The position numbers and the translations under genes are program-made. Below the pieces are notes generated by a model. That model made no database searches, was not told the DNA's origin, and worked only from the letters and a program-made list of their open reading frames with translations. 64,000 nt of DNA from a virus. Lineage: Duplodnaviria; Caudoviricetes. Of the stretch, positions 8,198 to 17,647 are shown one piece after another. The stretch is from IMG/VR virus record IMGVR_UViG_3300005544_000001, positions 14,392 through 78,391 of that record. One strand, given 5' to 3'. Each line of letters begins with the position of its first letter. Within the stretch, counting starts at the first letter, position 1.

Positions 8198-8733
8198 ACC
8201 TCCTCACGCTCACTGGTAAAATCAACGTCCAGGGCTTCCTCCACGAAGCCGAAATGGAAAAGCTCGTCGAGCTGGGCATCAACAAGGACGTGCTCGAGGT
8301 GGGCAGCTTCATGGGCTTGTCGGCCTATTGCTTTGCCATCGTCGCCAAGAGCGTCATGTGCGTGGACACATTTTCCGCAGCTACAGACGGCCAACGGCAG
8401 GAAAGCACCCTTCAGACGCTCGCCGCCTTCGATGAAGCTGTTGCGAGGTTTTCCAACGTGAAACGGTTTGTTGGCAAATCTGAGCGCGCTGCCAGCCACT
8501 ACGGCGTCGCCGGCCAGTTCGATCTCGTCTTCCTCGACGCCATGCACACCTACGAGGACGTAAAGTATGACATCGAACGCTGGTGGCCACGCGTGCGCAA
8601 CGGCGGGATAATGGCGTTCCACGATTACGGCCACGATAATTATCCAGGCGTAAAACAAGCGGTCGATGAAAAGTTCGGGGAGGCGCCGGACGGCACTACG
8701 ATTGTCACCTTGAGGTGGATCGAGAAGAAGTGA
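8194..8733 (+). CDS. SAM-dependent methyltransferase (Methyltransf_24-like)
   Basis: LEVGSFMGLS, DLVFLDAMHTYEDV, GGIMAFHDY. Confidence 0.85.
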   Translation: MNLLTLTGKINVQGFLHEAEMEKLVELGINKDVLEVGSFMGLSAYCFAIVAKSVMCVDTFSAATDGQRQESTLQTLAAFDEAVARFSNVKRFVGKSERAASHYGVAGQFDLVFLDAMHTYEDVKYDIERWWPRVRNGGIMAFHDYGHDNYPGVKQAVDEKFGEAPDGTTIVTLRWIEKK

Positions 8734-8745
8734 CATGCTCGCCGG

Positions 8746-10248
8746 GTGAAACCGATTTGTTTGATTATTCCGCCGAGTCCATTCCTCGTTGACGAGCGCG
8801 TATTTCCAAGCCTCGGAATCCTGAAAGTTGCTGCCTGTTTGGAGGAAGCCGGAATCGCAGTGGAGATGGTGGACCTGTCCGGCGTTGAGAATCACGAGGA
8901 AGCCATCATCGCGCACGTCAAGGATTCAACCGCTACGCAATTCGGAATCACAGCCACTTCGCCCCAGTTGCCCGCCGCGCTCGCCATCTGCCGTGCAATC
9001 CGATCGATCCGCAGTGACGCCAAAATAATCCTCGGAGGACCGCACATTACCCTCATCTGCGCCGCGCTGAAGCTGGAGAGAAAAAACAACTCACTCGGGC
9101 GCGCCGAGCGAGCCTTCACTGTGCTCTCAAAGGAATTCGATGTCCTCGTGGCTGGAGATGGCGAGGATGCTATTTTGGTAGCTGTTGAAAACAATTCCCC
9201 AGGCCTGATAGATGCAGATGATCCGAAGGGTTCTCTGTTCATGACGAACGAGCGATTAAACACAACCCCGTGGCCGGCGAGACACCTGTTGGACATGGAT
9301 AGCTATGTGTTCAAAATTGAGGGCGTAAAGGCAACATCCGCCATTTTCCAAAACGGCTGTCCGTTCCCGTGCAATTTCTGCTCAGGAAGATTGAGCCCAA
9401 TGCTCCGAAGGATACGGACAAGAACCACCGAAAACGTCATCTCGGAAATGGAATTACTTTATCGCAAGTATTCCATCAAGGCAGTGATGTGCTTTGACGA
9501 TGAGCTCAACGTCAACCCAAAGATGATCGAACTGATGGACGCCCTTACGGCCCTGCAAGGGCGACTCGGCGTGGAATTTAAAATGCGGGGATTCATCAAG
9601 TCTCAGCTTTTTACGGATGCACAAGCTCAAGCCATGAACCGCGCCGGGTTCAAGTGGATTTTGGTCGGATTCGAGGCGGGCTCGGATCGCATCCTGGAGA
9701 ACATAAACAAGCGCGCAACGAAGGCCGAGAACACACGCTGCATGGAGATCGCCCGCCGAAACGGACTCAAAGTGAAAGCGTTAATGTCTCTGGGCCACGC
9801 CGGCGAAACGGAGCAAACCATATCGGAAACAAAGGACTGGCTGCTTGAGGTTAAACCCGACGACTTCGACGCCACGGTGATCACAACTTACCCTGGCAGT
9901 CCTTACTGGGACGAGGCCGTTCCGCATTCAACTCTCCCAAACGTCTGGACGTTCACGGCCCCGAAGTCCGGGGACAGGCTTCACTCAATGGATGTGGACT
10001 TCACCAAAGACGTCCTGTTCTATAAGGGGGCCATTGGGGAATACAAATCATTCGTGTTTACCGACCATCTTGGGGCGGACGATCTCGTCAGGCTGCGTGA
10101 CAATCTTGAGCGCGAAATCCGGGCCACGCTGAATATCCCATACAACGCCGGTGCCCCTGGGATTCGATTTGAAGCCAGCATGGGAATGACAAAACTTCCT
10201 TCGAACATCTTGAAAACCTCAAAGCTCGAGCATGAACCTAATTGCTGA
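8746..10248 (+). CDS. Cobalamin-binding radical SAM protein
   Basis: N-terminal B12-binding-like region (PSLGILKVAA...GGPH), CPFPCNFC cluster motif, FDDE, GFEAGS. Confidence 0.9.
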   Translation: MKPICLIIPPSPFLVDERVFPSLGILKVAACLEEAGIAVEMVDLSGVENHEEAIIAHVKDSTATQFGITATSPQLPAALAICRAIRSIRSDAKIILGGPHITLICAALKLERKNNSLGRAERAFTVLSKEFDVLVAGDGEDAILVAVENNSPGLIDADDPKGSLFMTNERLNTTPWPARHLLDMDSYVFKIEGVKATSAIFQNGCPFPCNFCSGRLSPMLRRIRTRTTENVISEMELLYRKYSIKAVMCFDDELNVNPKMIELMDALTALQGRLGVEFKMRGFIKSQLFTDAQAQAMNRAGFKWILVGFEAGSDRILENINKRATKAENTRCMEIARRNGLKVKALMSLGHAGETEQTISETKDWLLEVKPDDFDATVITTYPGSPYWDEAVPHSTLPNVWTFTAPKSGDRLHSMDVDFTKDVLFYKGAIGEYKSFVFTDHLGADDLVRLRDNLEREIRATLNIPYNAGAPGIRFEASMGMTKLPSNILKTSKLEHEPNC

Positions 10249-10789
10249 AACACAGTCAGTCCGCACCAAGAACGTAATCCAAAAACGCAGCCTGATCCCC
10301 ACTCCAACGCCTGTTCCTGGGGCACGCTGGATCCCATTGACCAAGGGCTTGTTCGCGCTGGTTGACGAGAAGGACTATGAGGCAGCGAACCGCTTTGCGT
10401 GGACGGCAGACATAAATCCAAGGACCGCTTACGCGTACTGCAAAAGAGGTGGTGAGATTTTCTGGCTTCACAGGATCTTGATGAGTGCCCCGGAAAACAT
10501 GCAGGTAGATCACAGGGACGGCAACGGGCTAGACTGTCGGCGGGATAATATGCGGGTATGCAGTCTTAAAAATAACCACCGCAATATCAGGAAAACCATT
10601 GTTAAAACCTCTTCAAAGTTCAAGGGCGTATCTTGGGACAAAACACGGGAAAAGTGGTCCGCCAAGATCAAGTTCAATGGAAAGACAATAAATCTCGGCA
10701 GGTTCGAAGACGAGGACGAGGCTGGGAAAGCATACGATGAATCAGCCGGGAGACTCTTTGGGGAATTTGCACTGCTGAACTTTCCATGA
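10232..10789 (+). CDS. HNH-AP2 homing endonuclease
   Basis: LHRILM...VDHRDGNGLDCRRDNMR followed by AP2-like SKFKGVSW...INLGRF...AYD. Confidence 0.9.
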   Translation: MNLIAETQSVRTKNVIQKRSLIPTPTPVPGARWIPLTKGLFALVDEKDYEAANRFAWTADINPRTAYAYCKRGGEIFWLHRILMSAPENMQVDHRDGNGLDCRRDNMRVCSLKNNHRNIRKTIVKTSSKFKGVSWDKTREKWSAKIKFNGKTINLGRFEDEDEAGKAYDESAGRLFGEFALLNFP

Positions 10790-11778
10790 AAATCGGCATC
10801 TTTCTATCGAGTCTCGGCGGTAGTCCGCTGCAGGCCGGGCTGGAGCGTGGGTTTGTCCAGTTGGGGCATGAATTGGTGGACGGCGGGAAGCCGTGCGATC
10901 TGCTCGTTGTTTTCAATCAAACAGCTCATGATCCGTCGTATTGCTACCCCGGCTTTCCGGACCATACCGGGCCGATGGCGTTCATCGACTGCGCGGAGTA
11001 TGGGTATTTCAGGCGACTGCCAGGCATCGTTGGCCATTATTGGAACGCATTCGCCGCGGGCTCAATGGTTCACGACACGAAGAACGTCGTGCAGCAGACA
11101 CGGTTGAAGAACTGGCTCGAGGGAAGGAGCTTCCCTTACTTCATTCGCGAGTTCAGCAAGCACGTCGTTTTCCCGATCAACTATCACCCGATCGATTACC
11201 CGCTTTATTACCACAGCGAATGCCACCAGAAGCCGGACCGCGAGGAGTATTTGAAGCGCGAACTCGACCTGTTCGTGAGCTGGGGGGCGAGTCATCCCTG
11301 GCGGATGCAGATCACGCAGGCGCTGCGGGATTGCCACACGCGCTGCGAAATCTTGGTCCTCGAGGAGAACGGGACGCCGCGGATGCGGCAGCGTGATTTC
11401 TTCCAGCGCACGCGCGCGGCGAAGTGCTCGGTGTCGTTCGACGGTTACGGGTCGTCGTCCTTCCGGCTGCACGAGGTGCTTGTGCGATGCCTGCTGTTGG
11501 CCGGACCCATGAGCATTGACCGTTACGCCCCGCTGGTGGACGGGGTGCATTTCATGGAATACGCGGTCGATGCGGTCGGCGAGGATTTCGTTGGGACGAA
11601 CGTGTGCAAGGTGCTTCGGCAGGCGCTGGCGGACCCGGAGGGAAGCTTTCGGATGTACGACGCGGGTTACAGACATTGCATGGAGCACTACACCGAAAAG
11701 GCGACCGCCGAATACGTCCTGCGCACCGTCGAGGCGCACGACTGGACGAAGGTAACGCCGCTTGACAATCCTGCGTGA
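10786..11778 (+). CDS. Putative glycosyltransferase (CgeB-like GT-B)
   Basis: C-terminal AKCSVSFDGYG...RLHEVL...LVDGVHF...EHYT pattern; lies in the GT cluster. Confidence 0.55.
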   Translation: MKIGIFLSSLGGSPLQAGLERGFVQLGHELVDGGKPCDLLVVFNQTAHDPSYCYPGFPDHTGPMAFIDCAEYGYFRRLPGIVGHYWNAFAAGSMVHDTKNVVQQTRLKNWLEGRSFPYFIREFSKHVVFPINYHPIDYPLYYHSECHQKPDREEYLKRELDLFVSWGASHPWRMQITQALRDCHTRCEILVLEENGTPRMRQRDFFQRTRAAKCSVSFDGYGSSSFRLHEVLVRCLLLAGPMSIDRYAPLVDGVHFMEYAVDAVGEDFVGTNVCKVLRQALADPEGSFRMYDAGYRHCMEHYTEKATAEYVLRTVEAHDWTKVTPLDNPA

Positions 11779-12076
11779 GCGCGGCAGCGTCACAGCCATG
11801 AACGACGCGACGGACGAAGCTCCGATTCCATCCCTCCCGATTCTTTCCGAAGAAGAAACGTTGAAGCAACCTCGTCAATACCTGAGCCGCTATTGCCCGT
11901 CGTGTGGATTCAAGGGTTGTTTCCGCGTCCCTGACGGTCTTTATCTCATAGCGGCACAACTCCACTGTGAGAGATGCGGACGATCCACTCGCGCCAAACT
12001 TAAATGGGACACGGGTTTGCTTCGCAGGATCTGGTGGTGGATCCGATGCCGCCATACCCGAATCAATTTAGGATGA
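11762..12076 (+). CDS. Small Zn-ribbon protein
   Basis: CPSC...CERC pairs; start uncertain (11762 or ATG 11799). Confidence 0.45.
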   Translation: MTILRERGSVTAMNDATDEAPIPSLPILSEEETLKQPRQYLSRYCPSCGFKGCFRVPDGLYLIAAQLHCERCGRSTRAKLKWDTGLLRRIWWWIRCRHTRINLG

Positions 12077-13125
12077 AACGCCTCACGTTGGTTGCCAGCA
12101 TCGACAACGCGACCGGCTACGGTCTGCACGCGATCCAGATCGTGCGCGACATCGAGCGGTTGACAGGCGCGCACGTTGCCATCCGGCCGATCCAGCAGAA
12201 GCAGATGTTTGGATCGAACATCCCGACCGACATTCGGCAGCGGTTCGTCAACGGCCCGCAGCCCGAAGAGTGGGAGCTTGTCCTGTCGCCACCATACTTC
12301 CGACCGACGCCCGGGAAGAAAACCGCCTACTTTTCGATGTGGGAAGCGACACGGCTCCCTCCCGGCGGCGCCGCGGTCCTGAACCTCGCCGAGATCGTCA
12401 TCGTGCCGACGTCCTGGGGCGCCTCGTGCTTCTCGGCGTCAGGCGTGGATCGTACGATGAGGATCGTGCCGCTGGGCATCGACGACAAGGTTTTCCACTT
12501 TCGCGCGCAGAGCTTGGCCAGCGAGCCTGCGAAGGCTGGAGTGCGCGCCGTGTTCGGGACTGCCGGCCGCATGTCCCACGGCGGGATCCGAAAGGGCATC
12601 AACGAGGTAATCGACCTGTTCCAGCGTGCGTTCCCGACGGAGGGCGACGTCCTGTTGCGCGTGAAAGTTCACCCTGACTGCCCGGTGACGCGACTGTCCG
12701 ACCCGCGCATCGAGATCAAAGCAGCGCACCTGCCCGACGAGCAGCTCGCCGACTGGTTCTCGGCGCTGACGTGCTTCGTATCGGGCGCCCGCGGCGAGGG
12801 CTGGGGGCTGTTCCAACAGCAGGCGATGGCCACCGGGCGCCCGGTCGTCGCCGCGCGCTTTGCCGGCCTGGCCGACTTCCTGACGCCGGATAACGGTTTC
12901 TGTGTGCCGTTCGTCCTCGGGGCGGCAGAACAGGCGTACGCGGGCTGCGGGCACTGGGCATGGCCGTCTGACCAAGGGTTCATCGAGGCGATGCGCACGA
13001 TCTATCGCGAGCCGCACCTCGCCGCGGCCAAAGGCGCCCAGGCGTCGAAGGACGTCGCGCACCTGACGTGGGAGAACTCGAACCTACGGTTGATTGATGT
13101 ATTACAAGAAGTGGGGGCACTATGA
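12073..13125 (+). CDS. GT4-family glycosyltransferase
   Basis: ATG 12073; RKGINE, ARGEGWGLFQQQAMATGRPVVA (Gln where GT4 usually has Glu). Confidence 0.85.
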   Translation: MKRLTLVASIDNATGYGLHAIQIVRDIERLTGAHVAIRPIQQKQMFGSNIPTDIRQRFVNGPQPEEWELVLSPPYFRPTPGKKTAYFSMWEATRLPPGGAAVLNLAEIVIVPTSWGASCFSASGVDRTMRIVPLGIDDKVFHFRAQSLASEPAKAGVRAVFGTAGRMSHGGIRKGINEVIDLFQRAFPTEGDVLLRVKVHPDCPVTRLSDPRIEIKAAHLPDEQLADWFSALTCFVSGARGEGWGLFQQQAMATGRPVVAARFAGLADFLTPDNGFCVPFVLGAAEQAYAGCGHWAWPSDQGFIEAMRTIYREPHLAAAKGAQASKDVAHLTWENSNLRLIDVLQEVGAL

Positions 13126-13436
13126 CCAGTTTCATTGACGGTCCCGCGAAAGGTCAGCATTTGATGCTGAAGCGGGCGGCGCGGTTCATTCGCGTCGTCG
13201 ATGAGGTTGGCAAGTGGGACGCCCTCGATCAGCCGGAAGACACGCCAAAGGCGACGGAGAAGATTTACGCCTACCAGGTTCACGGCGATGTCAGAGCCTG
13301 CCACATCAATAGAGGCGGAGGTCGGGGCGGGTTTTATCCAATCGCGGAGTATCGTTTTATCGTCGATCAGCCGGACGATGCGACGATGCGCGACGCTGAT
13401 CGATGGCGGGCTTGGTGTGAAGCCCGAAAACCTTGA
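13122..13436 (+). CDS. Hypothetical protein
   Basis: 104 aa; ATGA overlap in operon. Confidence 0.6.
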   Translation: MTSFIDGPAKGQHLMLKRAARFIRVVDEVGKWDALDQPEDTPKATEKIYAYQVHGDVRACHINRGGGRGGFYPIAEYRFIVDQPDDATMRDADRWRAWCEARKP

Positions 13437-13439
13437 TGC

Positions 13440-13694
13440 TTGCCTCAGAGCCCGTTCGGCGGTAGTACGGGCGCAATGGCCGCCACCATTCCGCCGAAAC
13501 CCTCAGAGTTTGCTGCCGTCGTGGTTGAACCCACGGACACGCTCGCCGTGGCGTTCGTCAAAGTCTTCATCCGCTTCCCGGTCTTGCTGTTGCGCTGGTA
13601 CATGGCCTGGTACAATGCCGACGGCTCGTTCACGACCGAGTTCAAGACGAAACTCTGTGCCGGATGGGCTGATTGCCCGGAGGAAACCGCCTGA
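13440..13694 (+). CDS. Small virion-associated protein sharing a domain with the next gene
   Basis: WYMAWYNADGSFTTEFKTKLC resembles WYSYVYNEDLSFTDDFKADLC in the next ORF. Confidence 0.6.
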   Translation: MPQSPFGGSTGAMAATIPPKPSEFAAVVVEPTDTLAVAFVKVFIRFPVLLLRWYMAWYNADGSFTTEFKTKLCAGWADCPEETA

Positions 13695-15271
13695 TGCCTA
13701 CGCCAGTTTCGCCGTCTGAAATTAAATCCACTATCCCGTCCGCGAGCGGCAGCTTTTGCGCGAAGTTCCTTCAGGTGCTGCAACTCCCGAAACTGTTTTC
13801 GACCTGGTACAGCTACGTTTACAACGAGGATCTGTCCTTCACGGATGACTTCAAAGCCGATCTCTGTCTCGTGCGATGCACATGCAGCGGCGGGGGCAGC
13901 ACTCCGCCCGACGGTGGCGTCCCTGGCGGACCGATCGCGCCGACCAACGTTCAGGCCACGGACGGCGCATTCAGCACGAAGGTCGTCGTCACATGGAATT
14001 CGGTGACGGCCGCCACGAGCTACGAGATCTTGCGCGGTACAGTGAACGATTTCTCGATGGCGACCGTCATCGGCACGACGACGGGCAATCTGGTGGTGAC
14101 TTTCGAGGACACGGCCGTCACGGAGGCGCAGGTCTACTACTACTGGGTGCGCGCGTATAACGGCACGCTCCGCGGGGCGTCCAGTTCTCCGGATACCGGC
14201 TACGCTGTCGGCGCTTTGTCAGCGGTCACGGATCTCAAGGCCAGCCGCGGGTTCTACCAGTCGACCGTGACTGGGCTCACGACCGGGACAGGCACGATCG
14301 CGCTCGTGTTCACGGCCGCTTCTGGCGCCAATGCCTACGACATCTATCGCGGCACTACCAACGTGTTCTCGGCGGCAACGAAGATCGATTCGAACCGAAT
14401 GCCGTTCGATACTTCCAGGAAGACAACGCAATGCGTTCCTACCCCATGCACAAGTCCGATTTTCGTGAATAACGGCGGGCATTTGTTGTATTACGACAAA
14501 CCGGCGAGCATCGCCCAAAAGTATTACTACTGGGTCGTCGCCAAGATGGTTTCCGGGTCAATCGTGCAGGCGGTTTCTGAGGCTTCGAACACTGCGTATG
14601 GCTGGATCGTCCTCGACAGCACGGCCGGCACGCAGGTTCTGGGCTACGACATCGTTGCCCATGCCTCGCCCGTCCCGAACTCGAGGACAAGGGCCTACGT
14701 CGTCCTTGTTGGGCCAACGGCCGGCGGCGCCGGCGGCAACGACTCGTTTGGGGGTGGTGGTGGCGGCGGCGGGGCGATCATCGCTGGCTACTTCAACATG
14801 GTGGCGGGCCCCAACCGTCGCTGGAAAATGATCACGAGTTCGGTCGCCGGCGGGGCGTCGGCAGCCAACGGGACCGATTCGATCGTCGCTGAACTTCAAT
14901 ATGACGACGGCGGCGGCATTTTTGCCACAATCCTGGACACCTCGATTGCCGGCAAAGGTCTGTGGAATGCCGGTGGCGGCGGCGCCGGCGGCGCCGGGTC
15001 AGTCGGCTCTGTAATCGGAGCGGTGACCGATCCCGAGACCGAGCCCGGGTTCGCGGGGGAAGCCGCGTCCGGAACGTTTGGCGGCCGCGGCGGATGCGAT
15101 TTCGGGTTCCTGCGGTCAAACCCTCACAACTTCCCGAACGCGTTCAACATCACCACGGAGACGACCAGGTTAACCCAGGGCGGCGGCGGTTCGGATGCGC
15201 TGCCTGGCGCCGGGGCCTCCGCCGATGGCGGCATCGGGTCGACCGGTTACGCAATCATCGTCTATTTCTGA
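13694..15271 (+). CDS. Tail fibre-like protein with FN3-like repeats and Gly-rich C-terminus
   Basis: ATG 13694; APTNVQATDG...VVVTWNSV...YYYWVRAYN; GGGGGGGA motifs. Confidence 0.7.
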   Translation: MPTPVSPSEIKSTIPSASGSFCAKFLQVLQLPKLFSTWYSYVYNEDLSFTDDFKADLCLVRCTCSGGGSTPPDGGVPGGPIAPTNVQATDGAFSTKVVVTWNSVTAATSYEILRGTVNDFSMATVIGTTTGNLVVTFEDTAVTEAQVYYYWVRAYNGTLRGASSSPDTGYAVGALSAVTDLKASRGFYQSTVTGLTTGTGTIALVFTAASGANAYDIYRGTTNVFSAATKIDSNRMPFDTSRKTTQCVPTPCTSPIFVNNGGHLLYYDKPASIAQKYYYWVVAKMVSGSIVQAVSEASNTAYGWIVLDSTAGTQVLGYDIVAHASPVPNSRTRAYVVLVGPTAGGAGGNDSFGGGGGGGGAIIAGYFNMVAGPNRRWKMITSSVAGGASAANGTDSIVAELQYDDGGGIFATILDTSIAGKGLWNAGGGGAGGAGSVGSVIGAVTDPETEPGFAGEAASGTFGGRGGCDFGFLRSNPHNFPNAFNITTETTRLTQGGGGSDALPGAGASADGGIGSTGYAIIVYF

Positions 15272-17274
15272 TGCCTTGCGATTCGAGCATTCCAATTGTC
15301 CCGGTCAGCGGTTTTTTGGATCGCCGCAGCACGGTCGATTTGGTGCCATTCGGGGGCTATCGCCGGGCCGACAACGTAGATGTCACCACCAAGCAGCGCC
15401 TGTGTCGCGCCCGCGGGTGGACCAAACATCGCGACGCGGACCCTTACAACAATCAGGACCTGCACAATCAGCTCGTCGTCCCGGGGCTCGAGCAGTCGCC
15501 GACCTTGCTCTATCAGGCCCGCACAGGTGCTGGCTTCACGAAACTGTTCGCGGCCACACAGAACCGGATTTATTCGGAGGTACCAGCCACGGGCAACTGG
15601 CGGTTGCTTTCCGACGAGTTTGGCGGTGAACCAGAGGATTGTTCGGAAACGCTGTGGAGCGCCGGACATGTCGGCCAGATCGTCGTTTTCAGTAACAACG
15701 TTGATGCACCGGTCTCGACGTTCATCGATCAACCTCCGATCGAGCCCAACAGCCAAAGCGTGAGCCCCATTCGAGACTTGGAGCGGCTCAACGTGACGCG
15801 GGTTGGGCTCGTCATCGCGTGGAACAACGTGATGTTCTACATGGACGTCGAACAGGACGGGGTCCGCGTCCGAAATCGCGTGCTGTGGAGCGATTACAAG
15901 CGTCCGCTCTCGATCGTACCCAACAAGGGCATCAGCCTGGCCGGCACGAGCGATTTGCTGTCAGGCGAGATCATCCTCGGCGCGGCGCCCATGGCCGACG
16001 CGCTCATGATTTATACGAGCATGAGGATCTGGGAGGTGCGCGTCAGCGGCGATGACAACGTGTTCTCGTTCAACAAACGGTACACGCACGAAGAGGGCAG
16101 CCGATGTCTGGCCTACAAACGCACGCTTGTAACGACTGGCTCAAGTCATTATTACATGGGACGAGACGGGATTTACCGCTACTCGTTTTATGTCACGGAA
16201 CCGGAACTTGTTGAGTATATCCATCGGGCGAGTGCCGTCATTTTTGACGACATCAACACGGCTGCGTGCAATGCGCATTGTGCGGAGTTTTTCCCCGATC
16301 GGCGACAGGTTTGGTTCTCGTGGGCGCGCGCCGGCGAGGCGTGTCCTGGCAATACGCTGGTTGTCGGGACCGAGTTTCCATTTTGCTCTGTCATCGACGA
16401 AGGTTTCACCGCGTTCGTTAACACGGAACCGCACAATAACCTGATCCTGCGCGATTGGATTCGGGACCTCTGCATCTGCACCACGGCGGAGCTTGTCGAG
16501 AACGGGTTCGGATTCATCAACGAAGGCGGTTACTGCACTCCCCAGAGTGACCCGGAATGCCCGACGCGGCCGCACTCGTTTTACACGCAGACGCCGCGCT
16601 ACGAGGCGGACATCGACGTCACAACCGAGGAATGGACCCAGGCCACGCCCGATGCGGACTCGTTTGCGTCCCTGTTCCAGACGCTGACAGTTGATCAGCT
16701 TTGCAACACGGAATTCCTGGCCGGCGAATGCAACGCCAGCGCGACCTTCGTCATGGCCAGCAGTCATGACAAATGCCTCAAGGACGCCGCAGAAGTGTTT
16801 TACCGTGAACACTGCACGTCCACGGTCGGCTGTGGGACCTACTCGAAGGACGGCTACAAGAGCCTGCTGACGTCCGGGGCCCTGCATTTCAACGCGCCTG
16901 ACCGGGAAAAGATTGCGTCCTGCTTTCAGGTCGAGGCGCACCCGGAACCGGCAACGGTTCCTGGGCAGATGATATTTCGAATTGGGGTGGCAACGCAGGC
17001 CATCGACCCGATCACGGCGTCCGGGCGCTGCATGATCGCCTGGGAGGAACAGGACCCGTTCGTGCTCGAGTGCCAAAGTGACCTGACGCTGGCTCAATCC
17101 CGGGCTGAAGGCACGTTTCCGGACCAGCCGTTTGCCTGGCCGCTGTTTGCCAAGGGTTTTTACCTGTATTACGAGATCGAGATCGGCAATCCGCGCTCGA
17201 CACCGCGCGACACCGGCGCCGCCGTCTGCATTTCGCGCTACGATCTGACGGCCCGGCAGTTGAGCAAGTGTTGA
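15271..17274 (+). CDS. Tail tube/stabilisation protein (beta-propeller, P22 gp10-like)
   Basis: ATG 15271; 667 aa; size, position and NRVLWSDY motif fit podovirus tail tubular proteins. Confidence 0.55.
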   Translation: MPCDSSIPIVPVSGFLDRRSTVDLVPFGGYRRADNVDVTTKQRLCRARGWTKHRDADPYNNQDLHNQLVVPGLEQSPTLLYQARTGAGFTKLFAATQNRIYSEVPATGNWRLLSDEFGGEPEDCSETLWSAGHVGQIVVFSNNVDAPVSTFIDQPPIEPNSQSVSPIRDLERLNVTRVGLVIAWNNVMFYMDVEQDGVRVRNRVLWSDYKRPLSIVPNKGISLAGTSDLLSGEIILGAAPMADALMIYTSMRIWEVRVSGDDNVFSFNKRYTHEEGSRCLAYKRTLVTTGSSHYYMGRDGIYRYSFYVTEPELVEYIHRASAVIFDDINTAACNAHCAEFFPDRRQVWFSWARAGEACPGNTLVVGTEFPFCSVIDEGFTAFVNTEPHNNLILRDWIRDLCICTTAELVENGFGFINEGGYCTPQSDPECPTRPHSFYTQTPRYEADIDVTTEEWTQATPDADSFASLFQTLTVDQLCNTEFLAGECNASATFVMASSHDKCLKDAAEVFYREHCTSTVGCGTYSKDGYKSLLTSGALHFNAPDREKIASCFQVEAHPEPATVPGQMIFRIGVATQAIDPITASGRCMIAWEEQDPFVLECQSDLTLAQSRAEGTFPDQPFAWPLFAKGFYLYYEIEIGNPRSTPRDTGAAVCISRYDLTARQLSKC

Positions 17275-17300
17275 ATCGTCTTGCGTGACAGCCGTTTCAG

Positions 17301-17642
17301 GTGTCCACTCAAAACGTTATGCCAGATTTTGATGCCGGAACGTATAACCCAGCCGGGGGCTCTCCTGCGGCCGATTTGAGTATCACGTTCGGCGGGACCA
17401 CGGCGGCAGCAATACTCGGAGGCCCTATGAGTGATTTTTTTGCTCCAACTTACATTCCGAACGGCGGGCATCCGCCTGGCGGGCCGACCTTGCCGGCTGG
17501 CCTGGGCGGGGGCGGACGCCAGGAGGTTTACATCGATCGCGCTCCTTATCCTCCGGACGATCCCACAAAACCTGCCGTGAATTACCCTGCTGGTGGTGGA
17601 CCGGAGCAGCAGTGGGATGTTGCGAGCCAAAGCTGGACTTGA
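17301..17642 (+). CDS. Pro/Gly-rich hypothetical protein
   Basis: 113-aa ORF filling the gap between tail genes. Confidence 0.55.
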   Translation: MSTQNVMPDFDAGTYNPAGGSPAADLSITFGGTTAAAILGGPMSDFFAPTYIPNGGHPPGGPTLPAGLGGGGRQEVYIDRAPYPPDDPTKPAVNYPAGGGPEQQWDVASQSWT

Positions 17643-17647
17643 TCACT

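Noticed and set aside
17270-17284. GTTGAATCGT matches the first five contiguous NN of tract 1 (a complementary 10-nt match also lies near 22363)
   Set aside because: A 10-nt match is plausible by chance in 64 kb given several tracts and registers, and the match breaks afterwards.
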